This document shows positions 11,142-20,539 of a stretch of DNA of 61,023 bases, in pieces (positions within the stretch are counted from its first letter, which is position 1; the number at the start of each line of letters is the position of its first letter). The stretch is from Vulcanimicrobiaceae bacterium (lineage in GTDB: Bacteria > Vulcanimicrobiota > Vulcanimicrobiia > Vulcanimicrobiales > Vulcanimicrobiaceae). Under the pieces are notes generated by a model, which searched no databases, was not told the origin of the DNA, and worked only from the letters and a program-made list of their open reading frames with translations. Both the position numbers and the translations under genes were made by a program. The stretch is from contig JBHEMM010000004.1 of assembly GCA_046262595.1 (NCBI GenBank), forward strand, positions 21,761 to 82,783, written 5' to 3'.

Positions 11142-12017
11142 ATGCTTGCCATCAGCGTGGACGACCGGCCTCTTGCCGCGGAAGCCATCGTACAGCACGG
11201 GCGCGCGTTCGTGCCGCTGCGGGCGGTCGGGCAAGCACTGGGCGCAACGGTCCGGTACGAGCCGCGAACGCATCGCGTTATCGTCAGGCGTTTCGGAAAA
11301 AGCCTCACGCTGCGCCCGCGGATCGTTGCGAACCGCGCGTTTGTACCGCTGCGTTTCGTTGCGCAGTGGTTTGGTGCGGTGGTCGGCTACGACGCGCGTC
11401 TGCAGCTTGTACGGGTGAGCGATCCCGCCGCAGCGGCCGCCGCATCGCCGGGCGCGATAACGCACGCTTTCAGCACGCCGCTTCCCGTGCCGCCGCCTTG
11501 GAATACCGGTCAGGATGCGCCCGCGTATGCGGAAAACTTCAATTTTTATACGGAAGGCGCGCGCGCCTATTATCCGGGCGATTGGATGCATTTCGTGCTG
11601 ATCGCCCCGCCGGGGGGATCCGCATCACTCGAGCTGTGCAATCTGGGCTACCGGTACCAACTCACCGATCAAGGATACGGAAACCGTTATGAAGTGAACG
11701 TGCCGGTTCCTAACGGTTTGTACGTTCCGAACTGTCTGGTGAGCGCGCAGTACACATCGTGGTCGGGCCGCGCGAGGTGGGTGGACGTCCCCTTATACAT
11801 CGGCCTTTACACCGGCAGCCGCGGTTCACACCGCGCCCCGCGCCCGTCGCCCTCGCCGGCGTCCAGCACCGCGCCTCCGCCGGGCCGCCGCCGCCCCGAG
11901 CCCACGCCCGGACCGGTGGTGAGCGCACCGCCCGTCGTGCCCAAGCCCGTGCGCACGCGCGAGCCGGTTGTGCAACGGACGCCGCCTCCGCGTCCCGGCG
12001 TTAAACCGACGCCTTAG
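11142..12017 (+). CDS. Copper amine oxidase N-terminal (stalk) domain protein with Pro-rich tail
   Basis: Two repeats GRAFVPLRAVGQALGATV and RAFVPLRFVAQWFGAVV; ATG 1 nt after the alr stop. Confidence 0.75.
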   Translation: MLAISVDDRPLAAEAIVQHGRAFVPLRAVGQALGATVRYEPRTHRVIVRRFGKSLTLRPRIVANRAFVPLRFVAQWFGAVVGYDARLQLVRVSDPAAAAAASPGAITHAFSTPLPVPPPWNTGQDAPAYAENFNFYTEGARAYYPGDWMHFVLIAPPGGSASLELCNLGYRYQLTDQGYGNRYEVNVPVPNGLYVPNCLVSAQYTSWSGRARWVDVPLYIGLYTGSRGSHRAPRPSPSPASSTAPPPGRRRPEPTPGPVVSAPPVVPKPVRTREPVVQRTPPPRPGVKPTP

Positions 12018-12018
12018 C

Positions 12019-12738
12019 CTAGCCGACTGCGGCGATCGCTTCGGCAAGGGAGAGCGTGCCTTCGTAGAGCGCGCGTCCCACGATGCACGCATCCACGTTC
12101 GGCGGCGCCGCTTGCCGCAGCGCGCGCAGATCCTCCACCGTTTTCGCACCCCCGCTTGCAGTGACGCGGATCGCGCCCGCTTGCGCGACCCGCGCGAGCG
12201 CATCGGTGTCGTAGCCGGCTCCCATGCCGTCGCGTCCGATCTCCGTAAAGACCACGCGGACGATGCCCCACTGCACGACGCGCTGCACGAGAGCGTCGCG
12301 ATCGACGATGGAGCCCGATTGCCAGCCGCGCACCGCTACCTTGTCGCCGCGTGCGTCGATGCCGGCAAATACTTTTTCGCCCAGCTGATGAATGATGTTG
12401 CGCGCAACGCGCTCTTCTTCCACGAGCAGCGTTCCAAGAATAACGTACGAGGCGCCCGCGTTCAGCCGCGCCTGCGCCTGCGTGAGCGAACGGATGCCGC
12501 CGCCCGACTGCACGGGAACGTCCACGCCTTTGCAGATGCGCGCGATCGCTTCGTGATTTTCTCCCGCTCCGAAAGCGCCGTCTAGATCGATCACGTGCAG
12601 CTGCCGCGCGCCGGCGGCAACGAAAGCCTTCGCTTGCGCCACCGGATCGGTTTGGTACGCCTTTTCGCGCGTGGGATCGCCCTGCTGCATGCGCACGCAT
12701 TTTCCGCCGCGCAGATCGATGGCCGGGATGACGAGCAT
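12019..12738 (-). CDS. hisA: ProFAR isomerase
   Basis: VIPAIDL, LHVIDLDGA, GGGIRS, ASGG, IVGRALY. Confidence 0.96.
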   Translation of the reverse strand: MLVIPAIDLRGGKCVRMQQGDPTREKAYQTDPVAQAKAFVAAGARQLHVIDLDGAFGAGENHEAIARICKGVDVPVQSGGGIRSLTQAQARLNAGASYVILGTLLVEEERVARNIIHQLGEKVFAGIDARGDKVAVRGWQSGSIVDRDALVQRVVQWGIVRVVFTEIGRDGMGAGYDTDALARVAQAGAIRVTASGGAKTVEDLRALRQAAPPNVDACIVGRALYEGTLSLAEAIAAVG

Positions 12739-12745
12739 TACTTAA

Positions 12746-13351
12746 TCACGCCTCGCGAGCTCTGAGCAAAAAGTTATCGAGCAGTTTTGCGCCGGTTCCG
12801 CGGCTTTTCTCGGGGTGAAACTGCGTACCCATAACGTTGTCCCGGGCGACCACCGCGCTGAACCGTTCGCCGTGCGTCGCCGCGGCGACCGTGTCGGCAA
12901 GGACGGGCGCGCGGTATGAATGCAGAAAATAGGCGTAAGGTTCCTCTGCCAGCCCATCCACGAAGGGGTGCTCCGCAACCTTCTCGAGCAGATTCCAACC
13001 CATGTGCGGAATGCGCGGCGCGTTCTCGAAACGCGAGACGCGCCCGTGCAGGATCCCCAGGCCTGGCGATTCGCCGAACTCGGTGCTTGCCTCAAACAAG
13101 ACTTGCATGCCGACGCAGATGCCTAAAAACGGCCGCCCGGCTTCAATGTGGCGCCGGATGCCGTCATCCAAACCACGCTCGCGCAGCGCCCGCATGGTCG
13201 CCGCGAAGGCGCCGTCGCCTGGAAGAATCGCGGCACGTGCATCGTGCAGGCCGCGCGGATCCGAACAGACGGTAAACGCCGCCCCGCGCCGCTCGAGCGC
13301 CGCGAGCAGCGAACCCAAGTTGCCGCCGCCGTAGTCCAGCACGGCAAGCAA
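12746..13351 (-). CDS. hisH: Imidazole glycerol phosphate synthase glutaminase subunit
   Basis: DYGGGN, GICVGMQ, PHMGWN, QFHPEKS. Confidence 0.97.
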   Translation of the reverse strand: MLAVLDYGGGNLGSLLAALERRGAAFTVCSDPRGLHDARAAILPGDGAFAATMRALRERGLDDGIRRHIEAGRPFLGICVGMQVLFEASTEFGESPGLGILHGRVSRFENAPRIPHMGWNLLEKVAEHPFVDGLAEEPYAYFLHSYRAPVLADTVAAATHGERFSAVVARDNVMGTQFHPEKSRGTGAKLLDNFLLRAREA

Positions 13352-13356
13352 CGCTT

Positions 13357-13935
13357 CTATTCCAGCAGACCTTTGGTGGAAGGCACGCCGCCGCCCGTGA
13401 CCGCCGCCGCTTCGCGGAAGGCGCGCGCAAATGCTTTAAAGCATGCTTCACAGACGTGGTGCGCGACGTGCCCGTCCATTTGTATCAAGTGCAGCGTGAT
13501 CTTCGCATTGTCGCTGACCGCGCGGAAAAACTCCCCGATCATCTCGCTGGGCAACGCACCGAGATTTTCCCGCAGAAACGAAACGCGAAAATTTAAAAAC
13601 GGCCTGCCCGAAAGATCGACGGATGCGGCGATCAGCGCTTCGTCGAGCGGCAGCATGATCGAGCCAAAGCGCGCGAGGCCTTCTTTGGTCCCGAGCGCCT
13701 GCGCGATCGCTTTGCCGAGCGCGATGCCGACGTCCTCGATCACGTGATGGTTGTCCATTCCGTCGCCGGTCGCGCGGATCTGCAGACCGCAGCCGCTGTG
13801 TTTTGCGAATGCGTGGAGCATATGATCGAGAAAATCAACGGAGGTTGCAATGGCGGCCGGCCCGCCGTCCAGATCGAGCTGCAACTCGATCGACGTCTCG
13901 GACGTCGTGCGGCTGACCGACGCGATCCGGCTCAC
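13357..13935 (-). CDS. hisB: Imidazoleglycerol-phosphate dehydratase
   Basis: RTTSET, FLDHML, HHVIED, PLDEAL, HHVCEA, PSTKG; GTG start overlaps the gltA stop (GTGA). Confidence 0.96.
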   Translation of the reverse strand: MSRIASVSRTTSETSIELQLDLDGGPAAIATSVDFLDHMLHAFAKHSGCGLQIRATGDGMDNHHVIEDVGIALGKAIAQALGTKEGLARFGSIMLPLDEALIAASVDLSGRPFLNFRVSFLRENLGALPSEMIGEFFRAVSDNAKITLHLIQMDGHVAHHVCEACFKAFARAFREAAAVTGGGVPSTKGLLE

Positions 13936-15101
13936 GACACGCCGTTGCCGCTGCGCGTTTCGATCGGCTCGAAGGCGTGAACGTCGGGCCCTTTGTACGT
14001 TGCCTGAGGACGTATCAACCGGTTGTCTTTCAACTGTTCGAGAATGTGCGCGGTCCAGCCGGCGATGCGGCCGCACGCGAAGATCGGCGTAAACTCATCG
14101 CCCGGAAATCCGAGACTGTAAAACAGCGGCGCGCTGTAAAAATCGACGTTGGCGTAGATGCTTTTGTCGGGTTTGGCTTCCTGCAGAACCTTACGCGCAG
14201 CTTCTTCCAGCGCGCGCGCGATGTTGTACCATTTCGGATCGGTGGTTTCGCTCAGCTTCTTGGCAACTTCGTCCAAATGCTGCGCGCGCGGATCGCGCAC
14301 GCGGTACTCGCGATGCCCCATGCCCATAATGCGCTCGCCGCGCGCGAGCTCTTCGCGCACGTACGTTTCTGCGCGTTCCGGCTCGCCGATCTCGACAAGC
14401 ACGCGCCCCACCGCGCTCGCCGCGCCGCCGTGCGCCTCGCCTTGCAGCGTCGCGATCGCCGCCGTCACTGCGGCGTAGAGATCCGCCTTCGTCGACGCCG
14501 TCACGCGCGCAGAAAAGGTCGAAGCGTTATACGAATGATCCGCCAGGAGCACGAGATACGTGTCCACCGCATCTTCCGCGACAGCGCTGGGCACCTCGCC
14601 GCGGCACATGTAGAGAAAGTTCGCCGCCTGCGAAAGATCTGCACGCGGCTCGATCGGTTCCAGGCCGCGGCGGATGCGGTCCCACATCGCGACGACCGAC
14701 GGCACTTTGGCGATCAGTTCGATCGCGGCGTGCACGTCCGACGTATGGGCGCCTTTGTTGTCGACCGGAACGAACAGCGCCAAACCGGAAACGAGCGTGC
14801 GCAGCACATCCATCGGCCAGGCGTCTTTGGGTGTGCGCTGCATCGCATCGATCAGCGGTTCGGGCAGCATACGGCGCGCGCCGAGTTCCTTTTTAAGCGC
14901 GGCGAGCTCTTGCCGCGAGGGCAAGTGCCCGTACAGCAGCAGATGCGCGACTTCTTCGAAGCATGCGTGCGGCGCCAAGTCGTGAATGTCGTAGCCGCGA
15001 AACGTGAGGCGGCCTTGTTTGCCTTCGACGTTGCTGAGCTGCGTGTTGCCGACGACCACGCCTTCAAGGCCGCGGTCGACAACGATACCGGTGGTACTCA
15101 G
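13932..15101 (-). CDS. gltA: Citrate synthase / 2-methylcitrate synthase (short type)
   Basis: RGLEGVV, ADHSYNASTF, HGGA, MGMGHREY, ANVDFYS, RIAGWTAH; probable CTG start at 15101. Confidence 0.93.
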   Translation of the reverse strand: MSTTGIVVDRGLEGVVVGNTQLSNVEGKQGRLTFRGYDIHDLAPHACFEEVAHLLLYGHLPSRQELAALKKELGARRMLPEPLIDAMQRTPKDAWPMDVLRTLVSGLALFVPVDNKGAHTSDVHAAIELIAKVPSVVAMWDRIRRGLEPIEPRADLSQAANFLYMCRGEVPSAVAEDAVDTYLVLLADHSYNASTFSARVTASTKADLYAAVTAAIATLQGEAHGGAASAVGRVLVEIGEPERAETYVREELARGERIMGMGHREYRVRDPRAQHLDEVAKKLSETTDPKWYNIARALEEAARKVLQEAKPDKSIYANVDFYSAPLFYSLGFPGDEFTPIFACGRIAGWTAHILEQLKDNRLIRPQATYKGPDVHAFEPIETRSGNGVS

Positions 15102-15163
15102 GATGATTCCTCCAGGGATAAGCTCCCGTGCATTCGGCAGCCCGGTGCCGGGACCCCCGCACG

Positions 15164-16081
15164 CTACTCCGGAGCGTTGGCCTGGTTCTGCGCGTACTCG
15201 CGCGGATTGAAGTACCACGGCGGCAGCGAGCCGGGGAAACTGATGTCTTTGAACTCGAAGTCGACCGTGCGCCCGTCGCCGCCGTACTCGGTTTTCGAAC
15301 CGTTGGACTCAATGCGCGGCTCGACGATCCCGTGCAGACGCGTGATGAGCAGCGTGCCGCGAAGGTACCCGAGCGTGTAGGTAAAGGTCACGGGAAAGAC
15401 GCCCTGGTCGTCGGTGAACAGCCGGTCGTGCGCGACGATCTTGCGCAGTTCGTACGTCTTTTTGTCGGCCCAAATCTCGCGCAGCACGTTGCGTTCCGGA
15501 TCCCGCCGCGGACTGAGAACCAGATGCATGAGCGCGCCTTCGGAGGTAAGCGAGGTCACGTTATAGTCCGGTTCACCAATTGCAATTACCGAGGCGATGT
15601 TCTTGAACGGTTCGGCGGAAGGCTCGGGAGTCGGGACGTATGCCTGCGGGTTCGGATGCTGCCGCACGGGCGCCGCCGCAAACAGATCGACGGTAGGCGG
15701 GCCGGGGTCGGTGGCTTCGTTCAATTCCGGCCGCTGAAAGTTCAGGTCGCCCTCGGCATCGTCGCGGAAAAGACGGCGCGTCAGCGCGGCGCGGTCCTGG
15801 TTGCGCACCCAATATCTCGTGGTGTACGAACCGGCATAGTCCGGATAACCGTAGTTCGTGGTTTGCGTGCGCACCATCGTGTAGATCTCGAACGGCGGCG
15901 GCGGACGATGCGCACGGTACACCCGGCGGATGAGACCCAGCACGCGCACGGGCTGCACCGAGTTGTACGGCGGAAGGGTGAACGACGGTTGAGGCGCCGC
16001 TGTGCTTTGCGCCGGCGCGGCGTGCGGCAAAAGCAGCGCCGTAAAGAGCAGCAGCGCGAGCCAAGAATATTTCATACGCAT
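15164..16081 (-). CDS. Secreted hypothetical protein
   Basis: Signal peptide MKYSWLALLLFTALLLPHAAPA; beta-rich C-half (LHLVLSP...EIWADKKTYELRKI) loosely LolA-like. Confidence 0.75.
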   Translation of the reverse strand: MRMKYSWLALLLFTALLLPHAAPAQSTAAPQPSFTLPPYNSVQPVRVLGLIRRVYRAHRPPPPFEIYTMVRTQTTNYGYPDYAGSYTTRYWVRNQDRAALTRRLFRDDAEGDLNFQRPELNEATDPGPPTVDLFAAAPVRQHPNPQAYVPTPEPSAEPFKNIASVIAIGEPDYNVTSLTSEGALMHLVLSPRRDPERNVLREIWADKKTYELRKIVAHDRLFTDDQGVFPVTFTYTLGYLRGTLLITRLHGIVEPRIESNGSKTEYGGDGRTVDFEFKDISFPGSLPPWYFNPREYAQNQANAPE

Positions 16082-16131
16082 GTACTAGAACGCATCAACG
16101 CCTCCAATGGTCGCGCCGCGAGAACCGGTGT

Positions 16132-17079
16132 CTAACCCGCGAGCACCCGCTCGCCCGCACGCGCCAGCGCATAGCCCACGAGCCGCTCGATCAACGCATC
16201 GTACGAGATGCCCAGAGCGTTACAGGCGTCGGGCAGCAGGCTCGTGGGGGTGAGGCCGGGGAGCATGTTGATCTCCAAGATATACGGGCGGCCTTCGTTG
16301 CTCACGATGAAATCGGTGCGCGAATAGTCGCGCAGGCCAACGAGGCGGTGCGTCGAGAGCGCAAGCATTTGAATGCGCGCGCTCAAATCGTCGTCGATCT
16401 TCGCGGGAACGATGTGCGTGCTGCCGTTGGCGCCGTACTTTGCTTCGTACGTGTAAAACTGATCGCGGTTGGCGATGATCTCCACGACGGGCAGCGCCTG
16501 TTCGCCCAGAACGCCGCACGTGTACTCGCGGCCCGGGATAAACTCCTCGGCGACGATCTCACTGTAGCGTTCGGCCGCCTCGATCATGGCATGGCTCCAC
16601 TGTTCGTGCGTTTTGACGATCGACACACCGGCGCTGCTGCCTTCGAACCGCGGCTTGATCACCAGCGGCAGGTCCAGCGATCCGGGAAGGAGCGGCAGCG
16701 TGCCTCCGGTCAGATCGAAGAGATCCCATGCAGCAGTCGGCAGGCCTTCGGCGGCGCACAATTTCTTCGTGAGATGCTTGTCCATTGCGAGCGCGGCCGC
16801 TTCGATGCCGCTGCCGGTATACGGAAGGCCCAGAAAATCGAGCACGCCCTGAATCTGACCGTCCTCGCCGCCGGGGCCGTGCAGCGCGTTGAACACGATG
16901 TCCGGCTCGATGTCGCGCAGCGCATCGACGAAGCGCTCGTTGTAGTCGAGCGATCGCGCCTCATAACCGAGATCGGATAGCGCGCGCATCACGCCCGAGC
17001 CGGTCTGGATCGAGATCTCGCGCTCGGCGCTCGAACCGCCCATCACGACGGCGACCTTGATTTTTTTTCTGCTCGTCAT
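16132..17079 (-). CDS. ddl: D-alanine--D-alanine ligase
   Basis: GGSSAEREIS, LHGPGGEDG, KPRFEGSS, LEINMLPG. Confidence 0.98.
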   Translation of the reverse strand: MTSRKKIKVAVVMGGSSAEREISIQTGSGVMRALSDLGYEARSLDYNERFVDALRDIEPDIVFNALHGPGGEDGQIQGVLDFLGLPYTGSGIEAAALAMDKHLTKKLCAAEGLPTAAWDLFDLTGGTLPLLPGSLDLPLVIKPRFEGSSAGVSIVKTHEQWSHAMIEAAERYSEIVAEEFIPGREYTCGVLGEQALPVVEIIANRDQFYTYEAKYGANGSTHIVPAKIDDDLSARIQMLALSTHRLVGLRDYSRTDFIVSNEGRPYILEINMLPGLTPTSLLPDACNALGISYDALIERLVGYALARAGERVLAG

Positions 17080-17085
17080 TGCCGT

Positions 17086-18054
17086 TTAACCAAACGCCTT
17101 CATACGATCGTGGTCGATAAAGACGCCCACGAGGTGGACTTCGAGGTGCAGCTCCACTCCGAATTGCCGCGCAACTTCACGGCGGACGCGCGCCAAGAGC
17201 GTGGCAACGTCGCGCGCGCTGGCGTCAGCGCGGTTGTTGATGAAGTTAGCATGCAGCGGCGAGAGTTCCGCTCCGCCTTCGCGCCACCCCTTGGCCCCCG
17301 CCGCTTCGATCAGCCGCGCCGCCCGGTCGCCGGGCGGATTGCGGAAACAGGAGCCGGCGTTCGGCAACGCGATCGGCTGCGTTTGCTTGCGGCGCACCAG
17401 ACGCCGCTGCATCTCTTCACGCACCTGCTCCGGGTCGCCGCGCTCGAAACCGAGTACGACATGCCCGACGATCGCATCGCGCGCGAGCGTGGTGTGCCGG
17501 TAATAATACTGCACGTTGACTGGATGCGCGCGCGGCTTTGCGGGCGAATGCACGTAGACCTCGCGCACGAAATCGCCGATCTCGCGATCCGTCCCTGCGT
17601 TCATGCGCAGCGAGCCGCCAACGCTTCCGGGTATGCCGGCGAGCGACCCGATGCCGGCCGCGCCTGCCGAGGCGGCCTTTGCCGTAAGCGCCGCCATGCC
17701 GGCGGAAGCGCCGGCGCGCACGGTGACCAGCGAATCCGACGGATCCACTTCGATGACGGCAAACTCACCGGCCAGGCGCATGACCACGCCACGCATCCCG
17801 CCGTCACCGACCAGCAAATTGCTGCCGCTGCCCAAAACAAACCACGGAACGCGCCGTTTGCCGCAAAACGTCATGAGCGCTTCCAACTGCGTAACCGTCT
17901 CCACGACGATCCACGCGTCCGCGGGGCCGCCGATCTTCCAGGACGTGTACGGCGCGATCGGCTCGTCGAAGGTCACGGTGGGCACAATGGCGCGCAGAGC
18001 CGCACGATCCGTCTCGTTCAGCAGCGATCGAAGCGCTTGCGCCGCCGCACTCAT
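17086..18054 (-). CDS. murB: UDP-N-acetylmuramate dehydrogenase
   Basis: KIGGPAD, LGSGSNLLV, GIPGSVGG, NAGSCFRNP, HANFI. Confidence 0.96.
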   Translation of the reverse strand: MSAAAQALRSLLNETDRAALRAIVPTVTFDEPIAPYTSWKIGGPADAWIVVETVTQLEALMTFCGKRRVPWFVLGSGSNLLVGDGGMRGVVMRLAGEFAVIEVDPSDSLVTVRAGASAGMAALTAKAASAGAAGIGSLAGIPGSVGGSLRMNAGTDREIGDFVREVYVHSPAKPRAHPVNVQYYYRHTTLARDAIVGHVVLGFERGDPEQVREEMQRRLVRRKQTQPIALPNAGSCFRNPPGDRAARLIEAAGAKGWREGGAELSPLHANFINNRADASARDVATLLARVRREVARQFGVELHLEVHLVGVFIDHDRMKAFG

Positions 18055-19427
18055 GCGCTCACGGCCGCGTTCACATCGCAAGCCAAATCGGCCGCGACTT
18101 TCGTAATGTTTCCCGCGCCCAGCATCAGCACAAACGCCCCGTACGGCACGTTTTCGGCAAGCGCGGCGCGAAGATCGTAAACGTATTTTACGTACCGCAC
18201 CAGCGTGCCCGAAGCTTGCAGCGGCTCTCCGATGCTGCGCTCGCTGATGCCCTCCATCGGCGGCTCGGCAGCAGCGTAGACCGGCACGAGATAGACTTCA
18301 TCGGCGCCGCTGAGCGCGTTCGCAAACTCGCTCGCCAGATATGCGGTGCGCGAATAACGGTGCGGCTGAAACGCGACAATCAGCGGACCGGCGGCGACGC
18401 GCCGTGCCGCCGCGATGGTCGCGCGCACCGCCGTTGGATGGTGCGCGTAATCGTCGACAAGCGTCATGCGGGGCGTTTGCGCCAGAATTTCAAAGCGGCG
18501 GCGAACACCGCGGAATGCGCGCAGGCCGGCGGAGATCGTGGCGAACGGCAGATCCAGCGCGCGGCCCGCGCAGATTGCGGCAAGCGCGTTCTCAATGTTG
18601 ATCGTTCCCGGAACGTGCAGCTCGATCGGCCCCAGGCGCTCGCCGCCCGCGACGGCTTCAAACCGCGAGTGCAGCCCGTCGAAATGAATTTTCGCAGCGC
18701 TCACTTCGGCCGGCGGGCGCAAGCCGAACGTCACGGTGCGCGCCCGACGCGGCACGCTCGCGAGGGATCCGCTCAGCGGATTGTCGACGCCCAGTATCGC
18801 CGTTCCGTCCGCAGGCATACGCGACAGAAAGGCTTTGAACGATTCGACCAACGCGCGCAGCTGCGCATCGGAGGAGAGATGATCGTTCTCGATGTTGGTG
18901 ACGACGGCAATCGAGGGATCGAGCAATGCGAACGATCCGTCCGATTCGTCGGCTTCCGTCAGAAAATAGGGCGCGCTTCCGTGGTGCGCGTTCACGCCGC
19001 TAACCACGTCCATGCCGCCGAGCACGACGCTTGCGTCGATGCCGGCCTCGCGCAAAACCGCTGCCGTCATTGCCGTGGTCGTCGTTTTTCCGTGCGTCCC
19101 GCAGATCGCAATCCCGCGCGTATCGTTCATAATGCGGCGCAGCATTTCGCCGCGGCGCACGACGGGAATGCCGCTCGCAACGGCGTGGGCGTATTCGGGA
19201 TTCCCCGGATCGATCGCCGAGCTGACGACGACTTCACGCGCACCGTTCACGTTTTGCGCGCGGTGGCCGATGGTGACGGCCGCTCCCAGATCGCGCAGTT
19301 GCTGCAGCAGAGGCGAGTCGCCCGTGTCGGAACCGGTAACCGTTTCGCCGCGGGCTATCAGCACGCGCGCGATCGCGCTCATGCCGATGCCGCCGATGCC
19401 CACAAAGTGGACGGTCCCCTGCGTCAT
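18051..19427 (-). CDS. murC: UDP-MurNAc--L-alanine ligase
   Basis: HFVGIGGIGMS, GTHGKTTTT, EADESD, DDYAHHPT, FQPHRYSRT. Confidence 0.98.
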   Translation of the reverse strand: MTQGTVHFVGIGGIGMSAIARVLIARGETVTGSDTGDSPLLQQLRDLGAAVTIGHRAQNVNGAREVVVSSAIDPGNPEYAHAVASGIPVVRRGEMLRRIMNDTRGIAICGTHGKTTTTAMTAAVLREAGIDASVVLGGMDVVSGVNAHHGSAPYFLTEADESDGSFALLDPSIAVVTNIENDHLSSDAQLRALVESFKAFLSRMPADGTAILGVDNPLSGSLASVPRRARTVTFGLRPPAEVSAAKIHFDGLHSRFEAVAGGERLGPIELHVPGTINIENALAAICAGRALDLPFATISAGLRAFRGVRRRFEILAQTPRMTLVDDYAHHPTAVRATIAAARRVAAGPLIVAFQPHRYSRTAYLASEFANALSGADEVYLVPVYAAAEPPMEGISERSIGEPLQASGTLVRYVKYVYDLRAALAENVPYGAFVLMLGAGNITKVAADLACDVNAAVSA

Positions 19428-20539
19428 GCGGCACCCTTTCTCGCCGCTAATGCGTCAATCCGCGCGAGAATCGCCGCGCAGGCGTCCCGTCTGCCAAGCG
19501 AGCGCGCGGCCTCGCGCATGGCCGCAAGGCGCTCGGGGTGCATCAGTTCACGCATCGTCCACCACAGCGAATCGGCATCGAGCGAGCGGTCTTCAAGAAG
19601 AGCGGCGGCGCGCGCCGTCTCAAAAACCTTCGCATTGCGGAACTGATGGTCGTCCGAGGCGTACGGATACGGAATCAAAATCGAAGGAATGCCGAGTGCG
19701 GCGAACTCGGCCAACGTCGAGGCACCCGAACGCGCGATGGCAAGATCGGCCGCTTCATACGCGTCCGCCATGTCGGGTAGGTACGCATGCAGCGCGACGA
19801 GATTGTTTTCGAACGGCTCGCGTTCCTCGGCTTGCATATAGCCGAAGTCGCGCGGTCCGCACACGTGAAGCACTTGCCAATCCGGCGGAAGCGCGCGCCG
19901 CGTAACGAGCGCAGCAATCGTTTCATTGATCGTGCGTGCGCCCTGACTGCCGCCGATCGCCAGAATTGTTTTACGCGAAGGGTCGAGCCCCAAGCGCCGC
20001 GCCGCTTCGATGCGGTTGCGCCCGCGCAGCAGCGAAGCGCGCACCGGAATGCCCGTCCGCCGGTACTTCTTTCCGAAGTGCGCCCCTGCCGCATCGTATG
20101 CGCCCCACACTTCGTCGACCAGCGGCGCGAGCAGGCGGTTCGTCAGGCCAGGCTGCGCATTGGGTTCGAGCAGCGCAAAACGTGCGCGCAGCAAACCGCA
20201 CGAACGCAGGAGCCGCGCCGCAACCATGACGGGAAAGCACACGTAGCCGCCGGTCGCGACGACGAGATCCGGCGCGAACGCGCGCAGTTCTCGCAGCGCT
20301 TGTGCGACGCCCAAAGCGTTGATCGCCGCCGTTCTGATCGCCGCGAGCGAAGCGCTGCGCTGCAGCGGCTCGGCGGCGATGGTGCGCAGTTCGTAGCCTG
20401 CCTGCGGCACGATCGTGGTTTCGAGCCGTCCTTGCGTGCCGATGAAACGCACACCCGCGCGCGTGCCGAGCGCATCGGCGAGCGCAACCGCCGGATAGAG
20501 GTGTCCGCCTGTTCCGCCGCCGGCAAAAAGAATCCTCAC
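19424..20539 (-). CDS. murG: Lipid I GlcNAc transferase
   Basis: GGGTGGH, GGSQGA, RSGAST, HQFRNA; GTG overlaps the ftsW stop. Confidence 0.97.
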   Translation of the reverse strand: MRILFAGGGTGGHLYPAVALADALGTRAGVRFIGTQGRLETTIVPQAGYELRTIAAEPLQRSASLAAIRTAAINALGVAQALRELRAFAPDLVVATGGYVCFPVMVAARLLRSCGLLRARFALLEPNAQPGLTNRLLAPLVDEVWGAYDAAGAHFGKKYRRTGIPVRASLLRGRNRIEAARRLGLDPSRKTILAIGGSQGARTINETIAALVTRRALPPDWQVLHVCGPRDFGYMQAEEREPFENNLVALHAYLPDMADAYEAADLAIARSGASTLAEFAALGIPSILIPYPYASDDHQFRNAKVFETARAAALLEDRSLDADSLWWTMRELMHPERLAAMREAARSLGRRDACAAILARIDALAARKGAA

